In this document: piece after piece, positions 25,803 through 35,931 of the stretch
How the letters are laid out: each line of letters opens with the position of its first letter
Numbering within the stretch: position 1 is the stretch's first letter
Source: Squalus acanthias
Lineage: Eukaryota
Reading direction: 5' to 3'
DNA: 64,000 nt
Assembly (NCBI GenBank): GCA_030390025.1
Contig: JASTWF010000495.1
Location: 248,001-312,000 of the forward strand
Notes under the pieces: model-generated
The model's database searches: none
What the model was told of the DNA's origin: nothing
What the model saw: only the letters and a program-made list of their open reading frames with translations
Translations under genes and position numbers: made by a program

Positions 25803-28800
25803 CTGTTAATGGAAGGACAGGCATTAATAAACTGTTCATTGTCATAGAGAGAGAGAGAGCGAGACAGAGAGAAATAGAGAGACAGAAGGAGGGAGACAGA
25901 GCCAGAAAAAGAGAGACAGAGCCAGTCACAGAGTGAGAGACAGAGCCAGAAACAGAGANNNNNNNNNNNNNNNNNNNNNNNNNNNNNNNNNNNNNNNNNN
26001 NNNNNNNNNNNNNNNNNNNNNNNNNNNNNNNNNNNNNNNNNNNNNNNNNNNNNNNNNNNNNNNNNNNNNNNNNNNNNNNNNNNNNNNNNNNNNNNNNNNN
26101 NNNNNNNNNNNNNNNNNNNNNNNNNNNNNNNNNNNNNNNNNNNNNNNNNNNNNNNNNNNAGACAGTCACAGAGAGAGAGAGAGAGAGACAGAGACAGAGA
26201 GCCAGACAGACAGAGGGAGACACAGAGTAATAAACTGTTCAGTGTATCAGACACAGAATGAGCAACGATTCAGTGTTCCAGAGATGCAGAGGATGTTTGA
26301 TGATCAGCTTACTGGTTGTAGGATTGTAGCCGCTCTTCCCTCCCACTGTAAAACAAGGAACGCTCAGTGAGTGACGAGACACCGACAGTCAGAGAAGAGA
26401 GAGGATCACCCCCCAACGTGGCTCTGCCCACCCAGAGCCCCAGCCCCGCCCCCTCCCCCAGATCCTCTCGCCCTCACCCAGAGCCCCTCCCCCCTAACCC
26501 AGAGCCCCAGCCCCTCACCCTGGGCCCCTTCCCCTCACCCAGAGCCCCTCCCCCTCACCCAGAGACCCGCCCCCTCACCCAGATCCTCTCGCCCTCACCC
26601 AGAGCCCCGCCGCCTCACCCAGAGCCCCTCCCCCACACCCAGAGCCCCTACACCTGGGCCCTTCACCCTCCAGCCCAGTACACTTCCACCCACCACCGGG
26701 CCATCCCCCTGACACTGGGCCCCTGCCCCCCCCTTAAAGGACCCCGCCACCTCCAACCTGGCCCCTCCTCCCAATCCAGGCCCCTCCCTCCCTCCCCCAG
26801 TGGGGACGCGACCATTTTGTCTCCATTTCCTACCTTTCTTTCTGTAGATGACGACAGCTACAATGGTGAGAGCGATGAGCAGCCCGAGGACCCCAATCAC
26901 ACCAACAATAGCAGGGACCATGGACTCAGACTTCGGTACTGAGAGAGAGAGAGAGTGAGAGAATCAGAGACAGACAGGGATACACCGTGTCCTCATACTG
27001 TAATATCCCAAAATACACCGTGGACTGTAATATCCCAGGATCCACCGTGGACAGTAATATCCCAGGATCCACCGTGGACTGTAATATCCCAGGATCCACC
27101 GTGGACTGTAATATCCCAGGATCCACCGTGGACTGTAATATCCCAGGATACACCGTGGACTGTAATATCCCAGGATCCACCGTGGACTGTAATATCCCAG
27201 GATCCACCGTGGACTGTAATATCCCAGGATCCACCGTGGACTGTAATATCCCAGGATCCACCGTGGACTGTAATATCCCAGGATCCACCGTGGACTGTAA
27301 TATCCCAGGATCCACCGTGGACTGTAATATCCCAGGATCCACCGTGGACTGTAATATCCCAGGATCCACCGTGGACTGTAATATCCCAGGATCCACCGTG
27401 GACTGTAATATCCCAGGATCCACCGTGGACTGTAATATCCCAGGATCCACCGTGGACTGTAATATCCCAGGATCCACCGTGGACTGTAATATCCCAGGAT
27501 CCACCGTGGACTGTAATATCCCAGGATCCACCGTGGACTGTAATATCCCAGGATCCACCGTGGACTGTAATATCCCAGGATCCACCGTGGACTGTAATAT
27601 CCCAGGATCCACCGTGGACTGTAATATCCCAGGATCCACCGTGGACTGTAATATCCCAGGATCCACCGTGGACTGTAATATCCCAGGATCCACCGTGGAC
27701 TGTAATATCCCAGGATCCACCGTGGACTGTAATATCCCAGGATACAGCGGCTCGATAAATGCTGTGATGACATGAACATGTTGAAAGTTAATAATTCTTC
27801 CGCTCTCTCTGTAGCCTGACTCCAACCTGTCCCGGGCTGGGAGCTCAGCACTGACCCTCCCTCCTGTGGGCTTGTCCCGGGCTGGGAGATCAGCACTGAC
27901 CCTTCCTCCAGTGGGTCTGTCCCGGGCTGGGAGCTCAGCACTGACCCTCCCTCCTGTGGGCCTGTCCCGAGGCTGGGAGCTCAGCACTGACCCTTCCTCC
28001 AGTGGGTCTGTCCCAGGCTGGGAGCTCAGCACTGACCCTTCCTCCAGTGGGTCTGTCCCGGGCTGGGAGCTCAGCACTGACCCTCCCTCCTGTGGGTCTG
28101 TCCCAGGCTGGGAGCTCAGCACTGACCCTCCCTCCTGTGGGTCTGTCCCGGGCTGGGAGCTCAGCACTGACCCTCCCTCCTGTGGGTCTGTCCCGGGCTG
28201 GGAGCTCAGCATTGACCCTCCCCCTTGTGGGTCTGTCCCAGGCTGGGTTCCCTCTAACAGTGAGAGAGAGTCTTACCATAAATCACCATCACCATCTCCT
28301 CCAGCCCACTGTGCTCCACCTGACAGGAATACTCAGCCTGGTCCTTGGGGTCAAACTCCACCCATTTCTGGATCTGGTAGGTGCTGTCGTGATTGGGCAG
28401 GATCCCACTGGACTGAGTCTCATCGACCAACATTCCATCTCTCCACAGAGTCACCTCGATGGCTTGAGGGTAAAACCCGGTGACGACACAGGAGAGCCGG
28501 TTAGCTTCCCCCGGACGGATAAAGGACACGATGGGTGGGACTGAGAGAGAAAGAAAGAGGATTTAGTATAGGAACCGCGATATCGAGAGTCACTGCACCT
28601 CACTCGCCCACTCTCAGTCCCCCCTCACTCTCAGTCCCCCCCTCACTCTCAGTCCCCCCCTCACTCTCAGTCCCCCCCTCACTCTCAGTCCCCCCCCTCA
28701 CTCTCAGTCCCCCCCCTCACTCTCAGTCCCCCCCCTCACTCTCAGTCCCCCCCTCACTCTCAGTCCCCCCCTCACTCTCAGTCCCCCCCTCACTCTCAGT

Positions 28801-31800
28801 CCCCCCCTCACTCTCAGTCCCCCCCTCACTCTCAGTCCCCCCCTCACTCTCAGTCCCCCCCCTCACTCTCAGTCCCCCCCCTCACTCTCAGTCCCCCCCT
28901 CACTCTCAGTCCCCCCCTCACTCGCCCACTCTCAGTCCCCCCTCACTCGCCCACTCTCAGTCCCCCCTCACTCGCCCACTCTCAGTCCCCCCTCACTCGC
29001 CCACACTCAGTCCCCCCTCACTCGCCCACACTCAGTCCCCCCTCACTCGCCCACTCTCAGTCCCCCCTCACTCGCCCACTCTCAGTCCCCCCTCACTCGC
29101 CCACTCTCAGTCCCCCCTCACTCGCCCACTCTCAGTCCCCCCTCACTCGCCCACTCTCAGTCCCCCCTCACTCGCCCACTCTCAGTCCCCCCTCACTCGC
29201 CCACTCTCAGTCCCCCCTCACTCGCCCACTCTCAGTCCCCCCTCACTCGCCCACTCTCGGTCCCCCCCTCACTCGCCCACTCTCGGTCCCCCCTCACTCG
29301 CCCACTCTCAGTCCCCCCTCACTCGCCCACTCTCAGTCCCCCCTCACTCGCCCACTCTCAGTCCCCCCTCACTCGCCCACTCTCAGTCCCCCCTCACTCG
29401 CCCACTCTCAGTCCCCCCTCACTCGCCCACTCTCAGTCCCCCCTCACTCGCCCACTCTCAGTCCCCCCTCACTCGCCCACTCTCAGTCCCCCCTCACTCG
29501 CCCACTCTCAGTCCCCCCTCACTCGCCCACTCTCAGTCCCCCCTCACTCGCCCACTCTCAGTCCCCCCTCACTCGCCCACTCTCAGTCCCCCCTCACTCG
29601 CCCACTCTCAGTCCCCCCTCACTCGCCCACTCTCAGTCCCCCCTCACTCACCCACTCTCAGTCCCCCCTCACTCACCCACTCTCAGTCCCCCCTCACTCA
29701 CCCACTCTCAGTCCCCCCTCACTCACCCACTCTCAGTCCCCCCTCACTCACCCACTCTCAGTCCCCCCTCACTCACCCACTCTCAGTCCCCCCTCACTCA
29801 CCCACTCTCAGTCCCCCCTCACTCACCCACTCTCAGTCCCCCCCTCACTCACCCACTCTCAGTCCCCCCCTCACTCACCCACTCTCAGTCCCCCCCTCAC
29901 TCACCCACTCTCAGTCCCCCCTCACTCACCCACTCTCAGTCCCCCCCTCACTCACCCACTCTCAGTCCCCCCTCACTCACCCACTCTCAGTCCCCCCTCA
30001 CTCACCCACTCTCAGTCCCCCCTCACTCACCCACTCTCAGTCCCCCCCTCACTCACCCACTCTCAGTCCCCCCTCACTCACCCACTCTCAGTCCCCCCTC
30101 ACTCACCCACTCTCAGTCCCCCCTCACTCACCCACTCTCAGTCCCCCCTCACTCACCCACTCTCAGTCCCCCCTCACTCACCCACTCTCAGTCCCCCCCT
30201 CACTCACCCACTCTCAGTCCCCCCTCACTCACCCACTCTCAGTCCCCCCTCACTCACCCACTCTCAGTCCCCCCTCACTCACCCACTCTCAGTCCCCCCT
30301 CACTCACCCACTCTCAGTCCCCCCTCACTCCCCACTCTCAGTCCCCCCTCACTCACCCACTCTCAGTCCCCCCTCACTCACCCACTCTCAGTCCCCCCTC
30401 ACTCACCCACTCTCAGTCCCCCTCACTCACCCACTCTCAGTCCCCCCTCACTCACCCACTCTCAGTCCCCCCTCACTCACCCACTCTCAGTCCCCCCCTC
30501 ACTCACCCACTCTCAGTCCCCCCTCACTCACCCACTCTCAGTCCCCCCTCACTCACCCACTCTCAGTCCCCCCCTCACTCACCCACTCTCAGTCCCCCCC
30601 TCACTCACCCACTCTCAGTCCCCCCTCACTCACCCACTCTCAGTCCCCCCTCACTCACCCACTCTCAGTCCCCCCTCACTCACCCACTCTCAGTCCCCCC
30701 TCACTCACCCACTCTCAGTCCCCCCTCACTCACCCACTCAGTCCCCCCTCACTCACCCACTCTCAGTCCCCCCTCACTCACCCACTCTCAGTCCCCCCTC
30801 ACTCACCCACTCTCAGTCCCCCCTCACTCACCCACTCTCAGTCCCCCCTCACTCACCCACTCTCAGTCCCCCCTCACTCACCCACTCTCAGTCCCCCCTC
30901 ACTCACCCACTCTCAGTCCCCCCCTCACTCACCCACTCTCAGTCCCCCCTCACTCACCCACTCTCAGTCCCCCCTCACTCACCCACTCTCAGTTCCCGCT
31001 GCCCGTACTGCAGGTATTTCCTCAGCCACTCGATACACTCCTCCTCCAGGTAATTCTTCCACCGCAGTTTGCCGCCTGTGTCCTGGTCCCACTTGTTCTT
31101 GATGCTCTGTGCCCATGGGACTGGAGTGACCCACACCAGGTGATCCTTGTCGAAGCTGATGTAGTCTCGCCCGTCCCAGCCGAACTGGACAAACCCGCTC
31201 GTGGTCCCATCGTCCCTCAGGTCACAGCCAATCATCACCTGGTACGTGTGGATCCCTGTCAATCAAACACACACACAGCCAATCAGACCCAGTCCCACCG
31301 GGAGACCCGCCCCACTGTCCCTCAGCTGGTCAGACACACCTGGGAAGCAGGCGGTATTTAAAGGAACCCCCAACCCTGGTTCCAGATCTGTGCATTTAAA
31401 GGACCCCCGGAACCCGAGCTATGAACTAAAAACACCGAAAACCAATCTGCATTCTAAAAACTAAAGACATTGATGTCTAATAAAAGGAACCAAAGAACAT
31501 GGTATATAAATTTGAAGGACCCCCCAATTCCTGATCTAAATATTTTCGGGGCCTCCACCCCCACCCCTCGGTTCCTGATCTGTGTATTTAAAGGACTGAT
31601 GTGAGGCCGCTCCCCATTGGTCGCTGCCCCTGGTCTGGGAGATGGAGTGCCTCTTTTCCCGGGGACCCTGGCTCCCTGAGCTCGCTCCACTCCACAGCTC
31701 GCTCCCCATTCCCACCCGGCCACCCTCAACCCAGAGAAAGAGCCCGACCGTGGCGGGAGGGCGAGGACTCACCTCCCGACTGAATGGTCCGGGTCATGAG

Positions 31801-34120
31801 TTGCTGAATATAGGCCTTCTGATACACCTCCCGTTCCCGCACCAGCTGAAATTTCCGCTCCCAGGACTCGGGCCCCTCACTCTCCACCATCCACTGCTCC
31901 CGCGGGATCAACTCCTTCCGATCGCTGTCGTACGTAACAAACTGGACCTCGTCCACATACCCGACACCCACAAACTGCGGCAGACCGGGAATTGGAGTTA
32001 TGGTGGTAAGGAAATACCGGAGAGAGTGAGAGCCTGAAACACAGAGAGAGAGAGAGATATCAGGGCATGAACCCCAAAACACCAACCCCACCCACACACA
32101 CACAGACATAAGGGTATGAACCCCAAAACACCAAACAAAAACGCACACGGACATCAGGGCATGAACCCCAAAACACCAACCCCACACTCAGTGGACTCAG
32201 GGCATGAACCCCAAAACACCAACCCCCACACTCAGTGTGACATCAGGGCATGAACCCCAAAACACCAACCCCCACACTCAGTGTGACATCAGGGCATGAA
32301 CCCCAAAACACCAACCCCCACACTCAGTGTGACATCTGGGCATGAACCCCAAAACACCAACCCCCACACTCAGTGTGACATCAGGGCATGAACCCCAAAA
32401 CACCAATCCCACCCCCGAAACCAACAGACAGAGAGAGATAGACATTCAGGGCCCTCAACACTCCTGATGAGTCCCGTGTCCTACAATCTCCCTCCCCGAT
32501 CCCTGATCAGGGACTCCGAGGCCCACCCGTTCCTCCTCCAGACCCCCGCGACCCAACCCCATCCCTTACTGTAACCTGGAGCACTGACCTGCGCGGCCTC
32601 CTCCTGAGGTGCCATCTCCAGTGCACTGGGGTCCGAGGCCAAGAATCCGCGGGCTTCTCAGACCTCAGTGTTTGAGCGCGGGTTGTAACACAGTGTTGGG
32701 GGCGGGGGGCTCCCGAGGTTAACCCCAGACACTTGTATATCTCAGTTTGCTGACGACACTAAGTCAGGTGACCCAGTAAATTGTGTAGACGGGGGCAGCA
32801 AGTTGCAAAGGGTCATTGAGAGAGTAAGTGAGCGGGCAAAACTGTGGCAGATGGACCTCAATGTGGGCAACTGAGAGCTCATCCACTTTGGAGCTAAGAA
32901 AGTCAATCTGAATATATTCCACATGGTGGGAAACTCTGACCTGTGGAGGAGCACATGGAGAAATCATTAAAAGCCAGTGGACAGGTACAATAAGGATTGG
33001 GAAAAGCTCATGGAATGTTGGTCTTTATCTCGAGGGCTGGAATACAAGGGCTGGAAGTTCTGTTACAGCTGGACCACTCTCTGGTTAGACCCTATCTGGA
33101 GTAACTGTGTTCAGATCTGGGCATCGCACCTCAGGAAGGAGAAACTGGCCTTGGAGGGAATCCAGCGCAGATTCACCAGAGTGATACCGGGGCTTAGAGG
33201 GTTGAATTATGAGGACAGGTTGCATAGACTCGGCTTGTATTCCCTTGAGTATAGAAGATTGAGGGGGAATCTAATTGAGGTGTTTAAAATGTTACAAGGA
33301 TTTGATAGAATCAATCTGGGGAAACTAGTGCCTCTGGTGGGTGAATCAGGAACGAGGGGACAGAATCTTAAAATTAGAGCCAGACCGCTCAGGAGCGGAA
33401 TCAGGAAGCACTTTTACACACAAAGGGTAGTGGAAATCTGGAACTGTCTGCCCCAAAAGGTGTGGATGCTGGGGCTCAACTGGAGCTTTCAGACCTAAGG
33501 TCGATGGATTTATGTTAGGTCAGGATATCAGGAATATGGAGCAAAGGCAGGGAAATGGAGTTAAGATACAAATCAACCAGGATCGAATTGAATGGCGGAA
33601 CAGACTCGAGGGGCTGAATGCTCTACTCCTGTTCCTGTGGACCTCTCTCTCCACTCTCCAGCCCACTGCCCCTGTCCCTCACTCCCCGCCATGGTCTCTC
33701 TCTCTCCAGCCCCAGTACCCAGCCTGGCACTGAGACCCTCTCACACCCCATTACTCACTGACCGAGGGTTAATGCCCAGTACCCAGCCTGGCACTGAGAC
33801 CCATTCACACCCCATTACCCACTGACCGAGGGTTAATGCCAGTACCCAGCCTGGCACTGCCCCTCTCACACCCCATTACTCACTGACCGAGGGTTAATGC
33901 CCAGTACCCAGCCTGGCACTGAGACCCTCTCACACCCCATTACTCACTGACCGAGGGTTAATGCCCAGTACCCAGCCTGGCACTGCCCCTCTCACACCCC
34001 ATTACTCACTGACCGAGGGTTAATGCCCAGTACCCAGCCTGGCACTGCCCCTCTCACACCCCATTACTCACCTGCAGAGACCCCTCCACACAGAAGGGCC
34101 AGCACTATCAGTCCAATCAT
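25756..34120 (-). CDS. MHC class I heavy (alpha) chain, probably non-classical; spliced CDS join(34072-34120, 31773-32033, 30983-31255, 28277-28540, 26834-26938, 26313-26345, 25756-25802), 343 aa
   Basis: Exon lengths 49+261+273+264+105+33+47 = 1032 nt, in frame, with GT-AG phase-1 introns. Leader, a1 (GSHSLRYF), a2 (C..C, DGRDYI, KNKW, YLEEECIEWLRKYL), a3 Ig-C1 (LSCVVTGFYP...YSCQVEH), TM and cytoplasmic exons follow canonical class I organisation. Lineage (UAA/UBA/UDA etc.) not assigned. Confidence 0.95.
25959..26159. other. Assembly gap (~200 N) inside a GA-rich microsatellite in MHC intron 6
   Basis: Run of N flanked by (GA/GACA)n. Confidence 0.99.
26313..26345 (-). CDS. MHC-I exon 6, 33-nt cytoplasmic exon (VGGKSGYNPTT)
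   Basis: Acceptor TTTTACAG, donor GTAAGC; same 33-nt length and conserved Tyr as exon 6 of mammalian class I genes. Confidence 0.85.
26410..26675 (+). repeat. Imperfect ~19-20-bp C-rich repeat (CCCTCACCCAGAGCCCCTC) in intron 5
   Basis: Degenerate tandem units visible directly. Confidence 0.8.
26834..26938 (-). CDS. MHC-I exon 5, connecting peptide and transmembrane segment
   Basis: VPKSESMVPAIVGVIGVLGLLIALTIVAVVIYRKK; acceptor CTCTCAG, donor AAG|GTAGGA. Confidence 0.92.
26975..27745 (+). repeat. 27-bp minisatellite (CCAGGATCCACCGTGGACTGTAATATC)n, ~28 near-identical units, intron 4
   Basis: Tandem repeat; each unit has a BamHI site and the interrupted palindrome TCCAC-C-GTGGA. Confidence 0.98.
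27825..28250 (+). repeat. 45-bp minisatellite (CTGTCCCGGGCTGGGAGCTCAGCACTGACCCTCCCTCCTGTGGGT)n, ~9 units, intron 4
   Basis: Tandem repeat with a 15-aa period in the ORF track. Confidence 0.95.
28277..28540 (-). CDS. MHC-I exon 4, alpha-3 Ig C1 domain
   Basis: VPPIVSF...LSCVVTGFYPQAIEVTLWRDG...ILPNHDSTYQ...YSCQVEHSGL; pyrimidine-rich acceptor, donor ATG|GTAAGA. Confidence 0.96.
28598..30993 (+). repeat. 24-bp minisatellite (CCCCCTCACTCACCCACTCTCAGT)n filling intron 3
   Basis: Three sub-domains: ~15-16-bp units (28615-28920), ACTCGC variant (28920-29640), ACTCAC variant (29640-30993). The last unit overlaps the exon 3 donor. Confidence 0.98.
30983..31255 (-). CDS. MHC-I exon 3, alpha-2 domain
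   Basis: GIHTYQVMIGCD...GWDGRDYISFDK...KNKWD...YLEEECIEWLRKYLQYGQRELRV; both cysteines present; acceptor GACAG, donor TGG|GTGAGT. Confidence 0.96.
31773..32033 (-). CDS. MHC-I exon 2, alpha-1 domain
   Basis: GSHSLRYFLTTITPIPGLPQFVGVGYVDEVQFVTYDSD...PESWERK...LMTRTIQSG; acceptor GTTTCAG, donor GAG|GTGAGT. Confidence 0.96.
32056..32415 (+). repeat. ~45-bp minisatellite near the intron 1 acceptor
   Basis: (CATCAGGGCATGAACCCCAAAACACCAACCCCCACACTCAGTGTGA)n, ~8 units. Confidence 0.93.
32740..33640 (+). mobile_element. Degenerate CR1 3' portion in MHC intron 1, antisense to the gene
   Basis: FADDTK; LEGIQRRFTRVIPGLRGLNYEDRL; HFYTQRVVEIWNCLP. Confidence 0.9.
33705..34071 (+). repeat. ~60-bp minisatellite abutting the exon 1 donor, ~6 units
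   Basis: (CCCTCTCACACCCCATTACTCACTGACCGAGGGTTAATGCCCAGTACCCAGCCTGGCACTG)n. Confidence 0.95.
34072..34120 (-). CDS. MHC-I exon 1 coding part, signal peptide MIGLIVLALLCGGVSA
   Basis: ATG in context ACAATG (A at -3), hydrophobic core, donor CAG|GTGAGT; the final G joins GC of exon 2 to give GSHSLRYF. Confidence 0.9.
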
Positions 34121-34315
34121 TGTTGCTTCCCTCGACAGGCTGTGAGGAGCAGTTTACGGACAATCCTTTTCCAAGCGAGCAGCTCAGACCGTCATCTGTG
34201 CCCAGTGCGGACCGTGTGAGTCCTGAGCCCTGCTCTGATTCTGTGCCTCAGCCTGTGCCCTGGGTCTGTGGTTCCTGAGCCCTGCGCTCTGAGTCTGAGC
34301 AGCGCCCTGGACTGA

Positions 34316-34370
34316 CTATATTAAACCAGCAGATGTTCCTGGGCGCTCAGACACCTCCGTACTGATTGGT
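34316..34370 (-). promoter_or_regulatory. Core promoter: CCAAT box (34365-34369) and TATA-like TTTAATATAG (34316-34325)
   Basis: Motifs ~200-250 bp upstream of the ATG in the expected order; TSS inferred near 34290. Confidence 0.55.
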
Positions 34371-34494
34371 TCGACGTATGTTTGTGTCCAACCAGAATAA
34401 AACCAGGCTGGGAGTCGGCAGGCTCCGGGTAGGAGAGTCCCAGAGAGTTTGAGTAAAAGAGTCAGAAATAAACTTTCCAAACATCGTGAACTGT

Positions 34495-34536
34495 CCAATC
34501 AGAGAAATACTGCTAGGCACGTCATCAGTTGCCAGG
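34495..34536 (-). promoter_or_regulatory. X1-X2-Y module (RFX / CREB-ATF / NF-Y) of the MHC promoter
   Basis: Minus strand reads CCTGGCAACTGATG-ACGTGCCTAGCAGTATTTCT-CTGATTGG: X1 box, overlapping TGACGT (CRE-like X2), and Y box 20 bp after X1. Confidence 0.8.
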
Positions 34537-34584
34537 CAGGATGAGCTGAACTGAAATAAGTTTGATGCAGAAAGTGACAGAGGG

Positions 34585-35570
34585 AAGAACAGGAGGAGGC
34601 CATTCAGCCCCTCTGGTCTGCTCCGCCATTCAATTAGATCACTGGCTGATCTGTATCTTTACTCCATTTTCACGGCTTTTTCCATCTCCCTTGATACCGT
34701 TACCCAACAAAATCGATCAATCTTAGTCTTAAACACTCCAGTGGGACCAACACCCACAGCCTTTGGGGGAGAGAGTTCCAAATGTTTACTACCCTTTGTG
34801 AAAATCTGCTTCCTGATTTCCCTCTGAAACAGCCCAGCTCTAATTTTAAGATTAAGTCCCCTTGTTCTTGATTCCCCCACCACAGGAAATAGATTAGATC
34901 ACCCCTCAACCTTCGATACTCAAGGGAATACAAGACAAGTTTACACAACCTCCCTTTAAGCCCTGGTATAATTCCGGTCAATCTGAGCTGCTCCCCCTCC
35001 AAGGTCAATCTATCCTTCCTGAGGTGTGGTGCCCAGAACTGAACACAGTTACTCCAGATGGGGTCTGACCAAGGCTCTGGACACCTGAAGCATCACTTCC
35101 TCCACTTTGTATTCCAGCCCCCTCGAGATAAAGGCCAACATCCCATTGGACAGACTGGTGAAATGGGCGGACACATGGCAGATGAAATGCAATGCAGAGA
35201 AGTGTTTAAGTGCTGCATTTTGGAAGGAAGAATGAGGAGAGGCAATATAAACTAAATGGTACAATTGTAAAGGTGGAGCAGGAACAGAGACACCTGGGAG
35301 TGAACGTACACCGATCATTGAAGGTGGCAGGACAAGTTGATAAGGCTGTTAAAAAAGGCATTTGGGATCCTTGTCTTTATAAATAGAGACAAAAGCAAGG
35401 AAGTTATGCTAAACGTTTATAAATCACTGATTAGGCCCCAGCTGGAGTATTGTGTCCAATTCTGGGCCACACTTTAGGAAGGATGTCAAGGCCTTGGAGA
35501 GGGTGCAGAGGAGATTTACTCGAATGGTACCAGGGATGAGGGACTTCAGTTACGTGAAGAGATTATTCAG
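34585..35570. mobile_element. Two CR1 fragments in opposite orientation just upstream of the MHC promoter
   Basis: CR1 ORF2 C-terminal motifs on minus (34585-35150) and plus (35150-35570). Confidence 0.85.
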
Positions 35571-35847
35571 TGACCAAGTTTTGTGGGTGCTTTTTTCAGA
35601 CGTGTGTGATTTATTTAATGTTATTTTGAGTTGGGCACTGCCCTGACTGAACCAACAAGGTCCCACCACCAGTGGGAGGGACATTTTGAGCAACTTGATT
35701 GACTTTGAAATTGAGTGACAGATTTAATTGGCCAATGATCTCTCATTGTACTTTATGCTCGATTGTTCACATTTAGTCAGTCAGATATTTGATTAGCAGT
35801 GGGTCCGGTACCATAGTGGTTATGTCACTGGACTAGTAATTCAAAGA

Positions 35848-35931
35848 AACAACAGAGGCCAGGCAGCATCCGTGGAGAGAGAAACAGAGTTAACGTTTCA
35901 GGTCGAAGACCTTTCGTCAGAACTGGAAAAA
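35848..35931 (-). mobile_element. 84-bp Penelope terminal-repeat fragment inserted into a SINE head
   Basis: Flanked by a 13-bp direct repeat AGTAATTCAAAGA (35835-35847 and 35932-35944); homologous to the PLE tail at 22170-22230. Confidence 0.75.
35888..35924 (-). ncRNA. Minimal type I hammerhead ribozyme motif of Penelope-like element type
   Basis: Minus strand AGTT-CTGACGA-A-AGGTC-TTC-GACCT-GAAAC-GTT-AACT: CUGANGA and GAAA cores, 5-bp stem II, palindromic minimal stem III (AACGTT), GUU triplet, and AGTT/AACT stem I. Confidence 0.75.

Noticed and set aside
26975-27745. CRISPR-like array of palindromic 27-bp repeats
   Set aside because: Units are contiguous with no unique spacers, there are no cas genes, and the context is a eukaryotic intron.
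26926-28483. 262-428-aa repetitive ORFs in several frames
   Set aside because: Produced by the 27-bp and 45-bp minisatellites, whose unit lengths are multiples of three.
28535-31102. 855-aa Pro/Ser/His-rich ORF on plus
   Set aside because: Stop-free translation of the 24-bp intron minisatellite, antisense to the MHC gene.
25756-34120. Calling the gene classical UAA or giving a lineage symbol
   Set aside because: Anchor and glycan substitutions argue against a classical gene, and lineage assignment needs a phylogeny I cannot run.
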